Shown here: piece after piece, positions 1 to 9,313 of the stretch
Layout of the letters: the number at the start of each line of letters is the position of its first letter
Numbering within the stretch: the stretch's first letter is position 1
NCBI GenBank assembly: GCA_045106055.1
Contig: JBGCED010000067.1
Location: 1-45,155 of the forward strand
Length of the DNA: 45,155 nt
Source: Alphaproteobacteria bacterium
GTDB taxonomy: Bacteria > Pseudomonadota > Alphaproteobacteria > CBDDJK01
Direction: 5' to 3'
The notes under the pieces: generated by a model
The model's database searches: none
What the model saw: the letters and a program-made list of their open reading frames with translations, nothing else
What the model was told of the DNA's origin: nothing
Position numbers and translations under genes: made by a program

Positions 1-1
1 C

Positions 2-193
2 CAAGCAAGCCATGAAGCAAAAAGCGACATTGGCTGGGGACACCAAATCAGATCCTATGTCTTGCAGCCTTATCAGCTTGTCAAAGACCTTAGAACCAGC
101 GCAGAAAGCACCAACCCCTCTGCGGTGCTTGATGGTGACATCGATTTATTCCTAGAATCCGCGCTTGCCGCCAAAGTCATGGGCAACACATAA
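2..193 (+). CDS. prfB: Peptide chain release factor 2, C-terminal fragment (5' part outside window)
   Basis: Not in the ORF track. Frame +2 translates to [63 protein letters not shown], the typical RF2 C-terminus (IGWGxQIRSYVLxPY...VKDLRT...VLDGD). TAA at 191-193. Confidence 0.95.
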   Translation, partial: QASHEAKSDIGWGHQIRSYVLQPYQLVKDLRTSAESTNPSAVLDGDIDLFLESALAAKVMGNT

Positions 194-194
194 A

Positions 195-474
195 TTTTTA
201 CGCATTCACACGCCATGCAGGCTGCGCTGCACTGGCAGCGACCCGCATTATTTATATTCGCGCTCACCGCATTAGCGGTGATGCGCAGTCGCGGGCTTGA
301 AAAAAGGGCTGGCGTTTTTTTGCATTTTTTTATGCATTCACACGCCATGCAGGCTTACACCGCATTAGCGGTGGCGTAAGCCTTTTCAAGCGCACAAGCG
401 TGCGCCGTCGCCAGTGCGACGCAGCCTAGCGGCGTGTGAGCGTGAAAACATGCTAGCGGCGTGTGAGCGTGAAA
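195..474. repeat. Composite palindromic intergenic element (REP/MITE-like) between convergent prfB and MFS genes
   Basis: GCATTCACACGCCATGCAGGCT at 202-223 and 334-355. Hairpin CACCGC-ATTA-GCGGTG at 265-280 and 358-373. CTAGCGGCGTGTGAGCGTGAAA at 426-447 and 453-474. The left arm (202-240) is an imperfect reverse complement of about 408-442. Confidence 0.8.
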
Positions 475-1697
475 GAAGATAAATAATGGCTGCCGAAAAT
501 ACCAATGCAGGCAATCGCGATAAGCCCGACCATATAGGGGGCGGATACCCCATATAAGCCAAAGACAATTCCGCCCCATGCAGGACCAAGCACCCTTGCA
601 AGTGACATAACGCTTTGGGCGGTGCCAAGCACCCTTCCCTTGTGGTGATCGGGGGCTGCTTTGCTGATCAGGCTTTGCATGCCTGGATTATGCAGCCCCA
701 TTGCAAGCGCAAGCAATCCCATTCCCAGCAATAGCATTAAAATCCCATCTGCGATTATAAAAGAAAATAATGCGAGAAACAGGCTTAACAAGGCAAGCTT
801 GACGCAATTTACCTCTCCGATTGATTTTGATAAGCGTCCAATCAAGCCGCCTTGAACCAAAATCGTGATAAATCCGCCATAGGCAAGCAAATAGCCAACT
901 TGCTTGGGGCCATAGCCCAATTTGGCAGCAGCCCAGATCGCAAATACGCCCTCAATCGCGGTAAATACCAGAAATACGCTGAAATAAAGCAATAATAAAG
1001 ACAGAATTTTACGATTGCGCAGCGCATCGGGGCTGAACCAACGCGCAATCACACCATATTGCCCGATTTGTTTTTGTAACGCTTGATTTTGATGCTGGAT
1101 TGATGGGCTGGTAAGAAAAAAACCAATTACCAGCAAGGATAAGCCGCTTGAAATAAGCGCGATTAGGCTGGGTATATGATAAGCGGCAACAGGCAGCATC
1201 CCGCCATCAGCCAATCGATCGCTGGACATAATCAATGCGCCCATAGCAGGGCCAAAGGTAAAGCCAATGCCAAAGCTTGCGCCCATCAGCCCCATGCCTT
1301 TTGCGCGCTGATCATCATTGGTTACATCCGCAACATAGGCTTGAAGCGTTGCCATCCAGCCCGCGCTTAGCCCCGCAACCATGCGTGCAGCATAAAGCTG
1401 CCACAAGGAATCGGCAAAGCCCAACCAAGCATAAGATAACAGCGTTCCAACCATTGAAATTAATAAAATGGTTTTGCGTCCATAGCGATCAGACATTGCC
1501 CCCCATAAGGGCGCGCTTAGCAAGGCTGCAAGTGAAAATGCCGAGAAAATATAAGGGGCGTGGGCAGCATCCCCGCCAAGGCTAATTACAAAAAATGGCA
1601 GAATGGGAATGATTACCCCCATTGCAAAAATTGAAAATATGGTGGCAATCGCAAGCGGCAACAAAGTCCTAAAAGGAAATTTAGCGGATTCAGTCAT
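453..1697 (-). CDS. MFS transporter, TetA/DHA1-like efflux family
   Basis: About 12 hydrophobic segments, motif A (GAMSDRYGRK), 'AYVADVT..QRAKGMGLMGASFGIGFTFGPAMG' (motif C). The last codons and stop come from the repeat element. Confidence 0.9.
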   Translation of the reverse strand: MTESAKFPFRTLLPLAIATIFSIFAMGVIIPILPFFVISLGGDAAHAPYIFSAFSLAALLSAPLWGAMSDRYGRKTILLISMVGTLLSYAWLGFADSLWQLYAARMVAGLSAGWMATLQAYVADVTNDDQRAKGMGLMGASFGIGFTFGPAMGALIMSSDRLADGGMLPVAAYHIPSLIALISSGLSLLVIGFFLTSPSIQHQNQALQKQIGQYGVIARWFSPDALRNRKILSLLLLYFSVFLVFTAIEGVFAIWAAAKLGYGPKQVGYLLAYGGFITILVQGGLIGRLSKSIGEVNCVKLALLSLFLALFSFIIADGILMLLLGMGLLALAMGLHNPGMQSLISKAAPDHHKGRVLGTAQSVMSLARVLGPAWGGIVFGLYGVSAPYMVGLIAIACIGIFGSHYLSSFTLTRR

Positions 1698-1900
1698 GCT
1701 TCACCATTTCTTGAAAATTATAAGTTTTCCCCTTATAAGCAGATAAAAAGCAAAGTGCCAGCAAAGATTTTCACTTGAACATTTGGGTTTAAACGCTTAT
1801 CACAATGTGTAACGATGCGTAAGGCAAACATATAAATGGTTTTAGCAAATGAAAGAATAAACCAATGCGCAGGAAATCAATGCACGCAAATAGGATTAAA

Positions 1901-2440
1901 ATGAATCTGCACCATAATTTTTATAAAGGCTTTGCGCTTGCTTGTGCCTTGTCTTTTATCTCGGCTTGCAATGGCTTACCGCAAGGAAAAGCCGAATATC
2001 CAGACCAATTGGCAGAAAAATATGAAGCAACGGGCGGATCAATGCTGGGTTCTCCTGGCTTTAAATTATTTGATGATCAACAGCAAGAAGCGCCAACGGG
2101 CAGCGGCGGGCTTGCGGTTAATGCCTATTTATGGCGGGCGACTTTGGATACTTTATCCTTTATGCCGATGATGCAAGTAGATGCTTTTGGCGGTGTGATC
2201 ATTACGGATTGGCACAGCCAAGGCGATCATTTGGATGAACGGTTAAAGATCAATGCCTATATTTTGGGGCGCGAATTGCGTGCCAATGGCATTCGGGTCT
2301 CTGTTTTTCGCCAAGTTAAAGATGAAAATGGCGAATGGATTGACGCAGAAGTCACCAGCGATGTTGCCACCAAGCTTGAAGATGCGATTTTAACCAAAGC
2401 ACGCCAGCTGCGCATTGCATCCAGCGCACCGCAAAAGTAA
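1901..2440 (+). CDS. DUF3576-family lipoprotein (start could also be 1865 or 1880)
   Basis: Lipobox ISAC; 'VNAYLWRATLDTLSFMP...DAFGGVIITDW...LEDAILTKARQLR'; usual position upstream of leuS in Alphaproteobacteria; AGGA before ATG 1901. Confidence 0.85.
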   Translation: MNLHHNFYKGFALACALSFISACNGLPQGKAEYPDQLAEKYEATGGSMLGSPGFKLFDDQQQEAPTGSGGLAVNAYLWRATLDTLSFMPMMQVDAFGGVIITDWHSQGDHLDERLKINAYILGRELRANGIRVSVFRQVKDENGEWIDAEVTSDVATKLEDAILTKARQLRIASSAPQK

Positions 2441-2485
2441 ATATATCTTTATAAATCAATATGTTGCAAGGCATTTTTAAATTAA

Positions 2486-5071
2486 ATGACTGAAAAATAT
2501 AATTTTACCAAAGCCGAAGAAAAATGGCAGAAAATCTGGCAAGAACAAGCCGTATTTAAGGCGGACCAGAAGCCTGAAAGCCCTAAATTCTATGTGTTGG
2601 AGATGCTGCCTTATCCTTCAGGCGATATTCATATGGGGCATGTCAGAAATTACACGCTTGGCGATGTCGTTGCCCGCTATAAATGGGCAAAAGGCTTTGA
2701 TGTGCTGCATCCAATGGGCTGGGATGCGTTTGGGCTTCCTGCTGAAAATGCGGCTTTATCGCGCAAACTGCACCCTAAATCATGGACGCTTGATAATATT
2801 CAAACGATGAAACGCCAATTAAAAAGCCTTGGTTTTTCATTGGACTGGTCGCGCGAAGTCACGACTTGCCTGCCTGATTATTATAAGCATGAGCAGAAAA
2901 TCTTTATTGATTTTTATAAAAAAGGGCTGGCTTACCGAAAATCGGCTTGGGTTAATTGGGATCCCGTGGATCATACGGTGCTTGCCAATGAACAGGTGAT
3001 TGATGGCAAGGGATGGCGCACGGGCGCACCTGTTGAACAGCGCAAATTAGAACAATGGTATCTTAAAATTACCCATTATGCGAATGAATTGCTGGATTCG
3101 TTAAAGGGGCTGGATGGCTGGCCGTCAAAAGTGCGTTTGATGCAAACCAACTGGATTGGCAAATCAAAAGGCGCAACCATTGATTTTGAACTGGAGCGCC
3201 CGCAGCAGGATGTTAAATCGGTGAAGGTCTTTACAACCCGCCCCGATACGATCTTTGGGATGTCCTTCTTGGCACTATCCCCGCATCATCCTTTGAGCGA
3301 GCAGCTGGCAGCATCAAATCCGAAAATCACGGATTTTATTAAACAATGTGATGCGCTTGGCACAAGCGAAGCTGATATTGGCGCTGCGGAAAAACACGGA
3401 ATTGATACAGGAATTCGGGTAAAGCACCCCTTTTTGGATAAAGATTTCCCGCTTTATATCGCCAATTTTGTGTTGATGGATTATGGAACGGGGGCGGTAT
3501 TTGGCTGCCCTGCGCATGATCAGCGCGATTTTGACTTTGCGAGCAAATATGGGCTTGATATTATTCCTGTTGTGCTGCCTGAAGGGGAACAGATTGAAAG
3601 CTACCGCCCTTCTGATGGCGAAGTCTATAGCGGCCCAGGCTCTATTATAAATTCTGATTTTTTAAATGGGCTTGGCGTTGATCAAGCGATTGCTGCGGCT
3701 TGCGACCGCTTAGAAGATAGCGGGCAAGGCACGGCAAAAACCATTTGGCGGCTGCGCGATTGGGGTGTATCGCGCCAGCGTTATTGGGGCTGCCCCATTC
3801 CCTTTATTCATTGCAAGGCGTGCGGGATTGTTCCCGTTCCGCAAGATCAGCTGCCCGTAGAGCTGCCCGAAGAAAATATTGATTTTGAAAGTGCAGGCAA
3901 TCCGCTTGAACGCCATCCCACATGGAAATATGTGGATTGCCCAGAGTGCGGCAGCCAAGCAGAGCGCGAAACCGATACATTTGATACTTTCATGGATTCA
4001 TCATGGTATTATTTGCGCTATTGCGATCCCAACAATCAAGATTTGCCTTTTGACCCTGCCATTATTAAAAAATGGATGCCTGTTGATCAATATATTGGCG
4101 GGATTGAGCATGCGGTTTTGCATTTGCTCTATTCACGCTTTTTCACCCGCGCTTTGCAAGCATGCGGGTTGTTGGATGATTGCCCCGAGCCTTTTCAAAA
4201 CATGTACACGCAAGGCATGGTGCTGCATGAAACCTATAAAACCCAAGATGGGAAATGGGTAAGTCCTGCCCAGATTAACAGTCAAGACGGCAAAACCACT
4301 GATGAAGCGGGCAATCTGCTGACGGTGGGGCGTGCCGAAAAAATGTCTAAGTCCAAAATGAATGTGGTTGCGCCAGAAACCATTGTGCCGACTTATGGCG
4401 CAGATACCGCGCGCTTATTTATGATGTCGGATAGCCCGCCTGACCGCGATCTTGAATGGACCAGCGCGGGGGTTGATGGGGCATGGCGTTATCTAAACCG
4501 TCTATGGCGGTTTGTTGCCGATCATCAGCAAAATCTATCAACGCATCATTTTGATGAAGCACAAGCATCCGCCTTGAAAGGCGATGCGCTTGCTTTATTT
4601 AAAATTATTCAGCGCACGATCCAAGGCGTTGGAAATGATATAGAGGCGTTTCATTTTAACCGCGCCATTGCCCGCATTCGCGAAGCATCCAATGCGCTGT
4701 TTGAATTTGCGCCCAAGGATGAAACAGATCATCAAATTCAATCCTATGCGATTAAAATTCTTACCCAGCTGATTGCGCCCTATACCCCGCATATTGCCGA
4801 AGAAATATGGCAGCATTTGGGAAATAAAGGCTTGATCGCGCAGCAAGCTTGGCCCGACTTCCATGAAGCGTTCTTGCAGGATTCATCGGTCAATATGGCG
4901 GTTCAAATCAATGGAAAATTACGGGCAACGATTGAGCTTCCCCGCGATTGCGACCAAGCGACCGCCAGCGCAAAAGCCTTTGAAAATGATAATGTGGTGC
5001 GCCATATGGACGGTAAAACGCCGCGCAAGATCATTCTTGTGCCAAATAGAATATTAAATATTGTGGTGTGA
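2486..5071 (+). CDS. leuS: Leucine--tRNA ligase
   Basis: [13 protein letters not shown] (HIGH motif), [19 protein letters not shown] editing motif, KMSKS; 861 aa. Confidence 0.99.
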   Translation: MTEKYNFTKAEEKWQKIWQEQAVFKADQKPESPKFYVLEMLPYPSGDIHMGHVRNYTLGDVVARYKWAKGFDVLHPMGWDAFGLPAENAALSRKLHPKSWTLDNIQTMKRQLKSLGFSLDWSREVTTCLPDYYKHEQKIFIDFYKKGLAYRKSAWVNWDPVDHTVLANEQVIDGKGWRTGAPVEQRKLEQWYLKITHYANELLDSLKGLDGWPSKVRLMQTNWIGKSKGATIDFELERPQQDVKSVKVFTTRPDTIFGMSFLALSPHHPLSEQLAASNPKITDFIKQCDALGTSEADIGAAEKHGIDTGIRVKHPFLDKDFPLYIANFVLMDYGTGAVFGCPAHDQRDFDFASKYGLDIIPVVLPEGEQIESYRPSDGEVYSGPGSIINSDFLNGLGVDQAIAAACDRLEDSGQGTAKTIWRLRDWGVSRQRYWGCPIPFIHCKACGIVPVPQDQLPVELPEENIDFESAGNPLERHPTWKYVDCPECGSQAERETDTFDTFMDSSWYYLRYCDPNNQDLPFDPAIIKKWMPVDQYIGGIEHAVLHLLYSRFFTRALQACGLLDDCPEPFQNMYTQGMVLHETYKTQDGKWVSPAQINSQDGKTTDEAGNLLTVGRAEKMSKSKMNVVAPETIVPTYGADTARLFMMSDSPPDRDLEWTSAGVDGAWRYLNRLWRFVADHQQNLSTHHFDEAQASALKGDALALFKIIQRTIQGVGNDIEAFHFNRAIARIREASNALFEFAPKDETDHQIQSYAIKILTQLIAPYTPHIAEEIWQHLGNKGLIAQQAWPDFHEAFLQDSSVNMAVQINGKLRATIELPRDCDQATASAKAFENDNVVRHMDGKTPRKIILVPNRILNIVV

Positions 5072-5080
5072 GTTCAAAAA

Positions 5081-5632
5081 ATGCGCCCAACGATCCCCCT
5101 GCCCTTGCTTCATTTAAAATCTGCATTCATTCATCTTATGATGCTTGCGGCAATGATGATTCTGGTTGCTGCGTGCGGTTTCAAGCCGCTTTACGATCAA
5201 TCAGGCGCAAATGATCAAATTGCGCGCCAAGCCTTGATTGAAATGGGCAAAATCAAGATTGAACGCATTCCAGACCGCGAAGGGCAGCTGTTTAGAAACG
5301 CCCTGATTGCAAGCATCAACCCTAGGGGGGAACCCAGCAATCCGAAATATCGGCTTGCGACCAGCCTTAGCCATTCGGTTAGATCTTCTGGCACCAGCCT
5401 TGATGATGATGCTGCGCGTAATCAGCTGGTTGCAACGGGGCGTTTTACCTTAAACGGCGATTCGCTTGACGCACCCATTTTATTCACTTCAAAAATTCAT
5501 GTTGGTTTCTTGGTGGGATCAGATGGCTATGTCAATAATGTCGCACGCCAAGATGCGCTTAATAATGCGCTTGAACAAATGGTTGCGGATGCACGATTGC
5601 AGCTTGCGATTCTGTTGCGGGATGATTCTTAA
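5081..5632 (+). CDS. lptE: LPS-assembly lipoprotein LptE
   Basis: Lipobox 'VAACGFKPLY', 'DREGQLFRNAL'; directly after leuS. Confidence 0.85.
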   Translation: MRPTIPLPLLHLKSAFIHLMMLAAMMILVAACGFKPLYDQSGANDQIARQALIEMGKIKIERIPDREGQLFRNALIASINPRGEPSNPKYRLATSLSHSVRSSGTSLDDDAARNQLVATGRFTLNGDSLDAPILFTSKIHVGFLVGSDGYVNNVARQDALNNALEQMVADARLQLAILLRDDS

Positions 5633-5635
5633 ACC

Positions 5636-6400
5636 ATGCGCAATTCTAGCCCATTATTATATGCTGAAAATTTGTCGAAATCATTTGGCGCGCATAAGGT
5701 TGTTGATCAGGTATCGCTGCAATTAAAACAAGGCGAAGTGCTTGGCTTTTTGGGCCCAAATGGTGCAGGAAAAACAACAACCATGCGGATGCTATCTGGT
5801 TTTTTAGCGCCCGATAATTTCAAAAAAAACCAAATTTCACTTGATGGGCATGATTTATATGATCATGCAATTCAGGCAAAGGCAGCGCTTGGATATTTGC
5901 CCGAGGGTGCGCCAAATTGGGGGGAGTTTAAGGTTGCTGAATTTCTAAGCTTTATGGGTAAGGCACACGGGCTTACAGGCGCATTCTTGCAAGAACGGCT
6001 TGATAAAATGCGCGATCAACTAAATTTAACCCAATGCTGGGGGCAATCGATTGAAACCTTATCCAAGGGTTATCGGCGCAGGGTTTGTTTTGCAGCGGCG
6101 TTAATCCATGATCCTAAAATCTTAATCTTGGACGAACCTACCGACGGGCTTGACCCCAATCAAAAGGATGAAATTCGCGAACTTATTCGCAGCCTTGCAC
6201 GCGATAAAGCCATTTTAATTTCAACCCATATTCTTGAAGAGGTTGAGGCAATTTGCGCGCGGATCATCATCTTGAACAAAGGCAAAATTGTTGCCGATGG
6301 CACTGTTCGTGAAATTGCAGCGCAAGATAAATTACAAGCATTAGATACCCCGATCACGCTGTCTATTGAGCGGGTTTTTCGTGAACTTACCCTTGCTTAA
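5636..6400 (+). CDS. ABC transporter ATP-binding protein (ABC-2/GldA-like)
   Basis: Walker A GPNGAGKTT, signature LSKGYRRR, Walker B ILILDEPTDGLDP, H-switch ISTH. Confidence 0.92.
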   Translation: MRNSSPLLYAENLSKSFGAHKVVDQVSLQLKQGEVLGFLGPNGAGKTTTMRMLSGFLAPDNFKKNQISLDGHDLYDHAIQAKAALGYLPEGAPNWGEFKVAEFLSFMGKAHGLTGAFLQERLDKMRDQLNLTQCWGQSIETLSKGYRRRVCFAAALIHDPKILILDEPTDGLDPNQKDEIRELIRSLARDKAILISTHILEEVEAICARIIILNKGKIVADGTVREIAAQDKLQALDTPITLSIERVFRELTLA

Positions 6401-6433
6401 CGCCAATAATGCTTGATTGTTAGGGGGCGGGGC

Positions 6434-7003
6434 ATGAAAATCGGGGCTGGCTTTATTTCATCCTTCATTGACAAAAGCGCGCGCTTTATGGCGTTGCTTG
6501 GCGGAATTGTGCTTTGCGTGCTTGTGATGATTACCTGTCTTAGCATTATGGGGCGCGCCTTAAATTCATTTGCCTATTCTGATTTTGCAAGCGATCAGCT
6601 TGCCCCTTTATCGGCTGTAATTCTAAAGCTAAATATTGGCGCAATTCCAGGGGATTTTGAATTGATTGAGGCGGGGATGGCATTTGTCATCTTTGCATTT
6701 CTGCCCTTGTGTCAGCATCATTATGCCCATGCAAAAATTGATCTTGTTACCCATTTTTTGAACCCCAGATTGCGCATTGCCCTTGATCTATGCTGGCAGC
6801 TTTTATATGGCTTTGTCATGGTTTTAATCGTATGGAAGCTTTATGATGGGATGATTGGCAAAAAGCTGTCAGGGCAAACCAGCTTTATCTTGGAATATAA
6901 GCTATGGATTGCTTATGGATTAAGCTTTGGGGCTGCGATGATTGCCATGCTTACCGCCTTATTGAGCGTTTTTAACGCCTTGCGGGGCATCATAAATGAC
7001 TGA
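6434..7003 (+). CDS. dctQ: TRAP transporter small permease
   Basis: Four TM segments, 'GDFELIEAGMAFVIFAFLPLCQ..HAKIDL'; overlaps the start of dctM. ATG 6434 preferred over TTG 6413. Confidence 0.88.
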   Translation: MKIGAGFISSFIDKSARFMALLGGIVLCVLVMITCLSIMGRALNSFAYSDFASDQLAPLSAVILKLNIGAIPGDFELIEAGMAFVIFAFLPLCQHHYAHAKIDLVTHFLNPRLRIALDLCWQLLYGFVMVLIVWKLYDGMIGKKLSGQTSFILEYKLWIAYGLSFGAAMIAMLTALLSVFNALRGIIND

Positions 7004-8309
7004 TTTTGATTTAAGCCTGATTCTGTTTGCTGTTTTAATGGTCTTGATTCTTTTGCGCGCACCGATTGGGCTTGCCATGCTGGTTTGTGGGGCGGTTGGG
7101 CTTTATATGGTCACGGGCAGCTGGTCCATGTTTCTGGCAAAGTTAAAAACCGAAAGCTATTCAATTTTTTCCAACCATTCGCTGTCCATCATTCCGATGT
7201 TTTTGTTGATGGGGCAGTTTGCAACCCATTCTGGACTATCTAGGGCGTTATTTAAAGCCGCCGAAGGGTGGTTTGGGCATTATCGCGGCGGGCTTGCAAT
7301 TGCAGCAATTGGTGCGTGTGGCGGGTTTGGGGCAATTTGCGGATCATCGCTTGCAACGGCTGCAACGATGGGACGGGTTGCGCTTCCAGAACTTGAAGCG
7401 CGCGGTTATAAGGGCGGGCTTGCAACCGCAACCCTTGCTGCGGGCGGGACGCTGGGCATTTTAATTCCCCCTTCAATTATCCTTGTTATCTATGCCATTT
7501 TAACCGAACAGAATATTGCAAAATTATTTCTTGCGGCCTTTATTCCAGGGCTGATGGCGGCGGTTGGCTATGCTTTGGCAATCATGCTTTATGTTCGCCT
7601 ATATCCAAATGCTGGCGGGTCAACGACAAGGCGTTCATATGCTAAGCGGTTTCAATTATTATTTGAAATTTGGCCTGCAATGATCATTTTTGTGATGGTG
7701 GTTGGCGGCATTTATATGGGGATTTTCACCCCAACAGAAGGCGCGGCAATCGGGGCGGCGCTAACCTGTATTTTTACAATTCTATTAAAAAAAATGAATT
7801 TTGAAATCTTTAAACAAAGCCTGTTTGAAACCGCAAAATCAACTGCAATGATCTTTTTTATTATTTTGGGGGCGGCGTTTTTTAATGGCTTTCTTGCGCT
7901 TAGCCAATTTCCCCAGACCCTGTCCATAATGATCATTGAAACAGGGCTTAGCCCGTGGTTGATCCTAGTGTTAATCCTGTGCTTTTATCTGGTTTTTGGC
8001 TGTATCATGGATAGTTTAAGCATGATCCTGTTGACTGTTCCCATTTTCTTTCCCATCATTATGGGGCTTGATTTTGGGCTATCCCCAGAACAGCTTGCAA
8101 TATGGTTTGGGATATTAATCTTAATTGCGGTGGAAGTGGGGCTGATCACGCCGCCCGTTGGCATGAATCTGTTTATTATCAATAATTTATCACCCAAAAC
8201 GCCTTTGATGGATACTTATAAAGCCGTATTATTTTTTGTGGGATCGGATATAATTCGCATTGCCTTGCTGTTATTATTCCCCAGCATCACCTTAATGTTT
8301 ATTGCTTAA
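6996..8309 (+). CDS. dctM: TRAP transporter large permease
   Basis: IPMFLLMG, FGAICGSSLATAATM, GGTLGILIPPS, FTPTEGAA, GLITPPVGMNLF motifs. Confidence 0.95.
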   Translation: MTDFDLSLILFAVLMVLILLRAPIGLAMLVCGAVGLYMVTGSWSMFLAKLKTESYSIFSNHSLSIIPMFLLMGQFATHSGLSRALFKAAEGWFGHYRGGLAIAAIGACGGFGAICGSSLATAATMGRVALPELEARGYKGGLATATLAAGGTLGILIPPSIILVIYAILTEQNIAKLFLAAFIPGLMAAVGYALAIMLYVRLYPNAGGSTTRRSYAKRFQLLFEIWPAMIIFVMVVGGIYMGIFTPTEGAAIGAALTCIFTILLKKMNFEIFKQSLFETAKSTAMIFFIILGAAFFNGFLALSQFPQTLSIMIIETGLSPWLILVLILCFYLVFGCIMDSLSMILLTVPIFFPIIMGLDFGLSPEQLAIWFGILILIAVEVGLITPPVGMNLFIINNLSPKTPLMDTYKAVLFFVGSDIIRIALLLLFPSITLMFIA

Positions 8310-8365
8310 CAGGAATATAAGGCTTAGATTGCCAGCATTTAATTTTAATGTTAAACGAGTAAGAT

Positions 8366-9199
8366 ATGAAACAACAAGCCCCCCCGATCACAGAATCTTC
8401 TGACCCTGACATTGCGGCAGCAGCAACAGATAAAGAGCGTATTGCAAAATATATGGCGCGCAGCGGCATTGGCTCACGCAGAGAGGTGGAGGCTTGGATT
8501 GGCGAGGGGCGCGTTTCATTAAATGGCACGGTTTTAACCAGCCCTGCAATTAAGGTAAATGACACGGACTTAATCAGCTTTGACGGAAAGCCCATCGCCA
8601 AGAAATCGCGCACCCGTTTATGGCTTTACCATAAGCCGCGCGGATTGGTCGTCACCCGCAAGGATGAACACGGGCGCGCCACCATTTTTGATCATTTGCC
8701 GCAAGATTTGCCGCGCGTGATTGCTGTTGGCAGATTAGACCTTGATTCAGAAGGGTTGATTTTGCTTACCAATGATGGCGAACTTGCCCGCAAGCTTGAA
8801 CTGCCAATAACGGGGCAGGAACGGCTTTATCGGGTAAGGGCCTTTGGCAGAATGCACGCTTCCTTCATTCACAGCCTTGCACAAGGGGTTAAAATTGACG
8901 GCATTCAATATCGCCCCGCAATCGTCGAGCTTGACCCGTTAATTATGAATCCTGATCATAAGCAAAATGCACCGCCCAAACCCCGCTCTAAGCCTCATGG
9001 GAATCTCCATGGCAATCACTGGATGACCATCAAATTGACCGAGGGTAAAAACCGCGAAATTCGCAAATTGCTTGAACATTTCAACCTAAGCGTTAATCGC
9101 CTGATCCGAATTGGCTATGGCACATATCACCTTGGCAAATTACAAGCTGGCGCCGTTAAAGAGGTGCAATTAAAGACCAAAGGGAATTTTATAAAATAA
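8366..9199 (+). CDS. rluB: rRNA pseudouridine synthase, RluB/RsuA family
   Basis: S4 domain ([17 protein letters not shown]), catalytic [20 protein letters not shown]. Confidence 0.9.
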   Translation: MKQQAPPITESSDPDIAAAATDKERIAKYMARSGIGSRREVEAWIGEGRVSLNGTVLTSPAIKVNDTDLISFDGKPIAKKSRTRLWLYHKPRGLVVTRKDEHGRATIFDHLPQDLPRVIAVGRLDLDSEGLILLTNDGELARKLELPITGQERLYRVRAFGRMHASFIHSLAQGVKIDGIQYRPAIVELDPLIMNPDHKQNAPPKPRSKPHGNLHGNHWMTIKLTEGKNREIRKLLEHFNLSVNRLIRIGYGTYHLGKLQAGAVKEVQLKTKGNFIK

Positions 9200-9229
9200 G
9201 CCGCTTAAAATCACATTAAGAACCGCTTG

Positions 9230-9247
9230 CAATTTCTTAAGAAATTG
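9230..9247. promoter_or_regulatory. Perfect 18-bp palindrome upstream of thrS (possible operator or hairpin)
   Basis: CAATTTCTTAAGAAATTG is its own reverse complement and overlaps a TTGCAA -35-like hexamer. Function inferred only. Confidence 0.35.
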
Positions 9248-9313
9248 GGCAAATAAGGGTATAAGCTAAATATTCCTCTAAATTTTATTTCAAAAAGAAT
9301 GTAGTCTATTTTA

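Noticed and set aside
195-474. CRISPR array or tRNA in the repeat-rich region after prfB
   Set aside because: Only pairs of repeats with irregular spacing and mixed orientation, no cas genes, and no cloverleaf or T-loop (GTTCRA) motif.
73-628. Short ORFs 73-348, 355-579 and 386-628
   Set aside because: Antisense or alternative-frame shadows over prfB, the repeat element and the MFS gene, with no protein-like features.
1718-1738. TTATAAG-N7-CTTATAA inverted repeat as a TetR-type operator for the MFS gene
   Set aside because: Short, AT-only, and no regulator gene adjacent; easily chance.
1745-1765. Sigma54-like TGGCAC...TTGC upstream of the MFS gene
   Set aside because: The GG and GC elements are too close (TGGCACTTTGC); sigma54 spacing is strict.
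9292-9312. tRNA-Thr anticodon mimic (UGU loop) before the thrS start, as in the E. coli thrS operator
   Set aside because: The stem is short, bulged and almost all A-U; too weak to call without covariation data.
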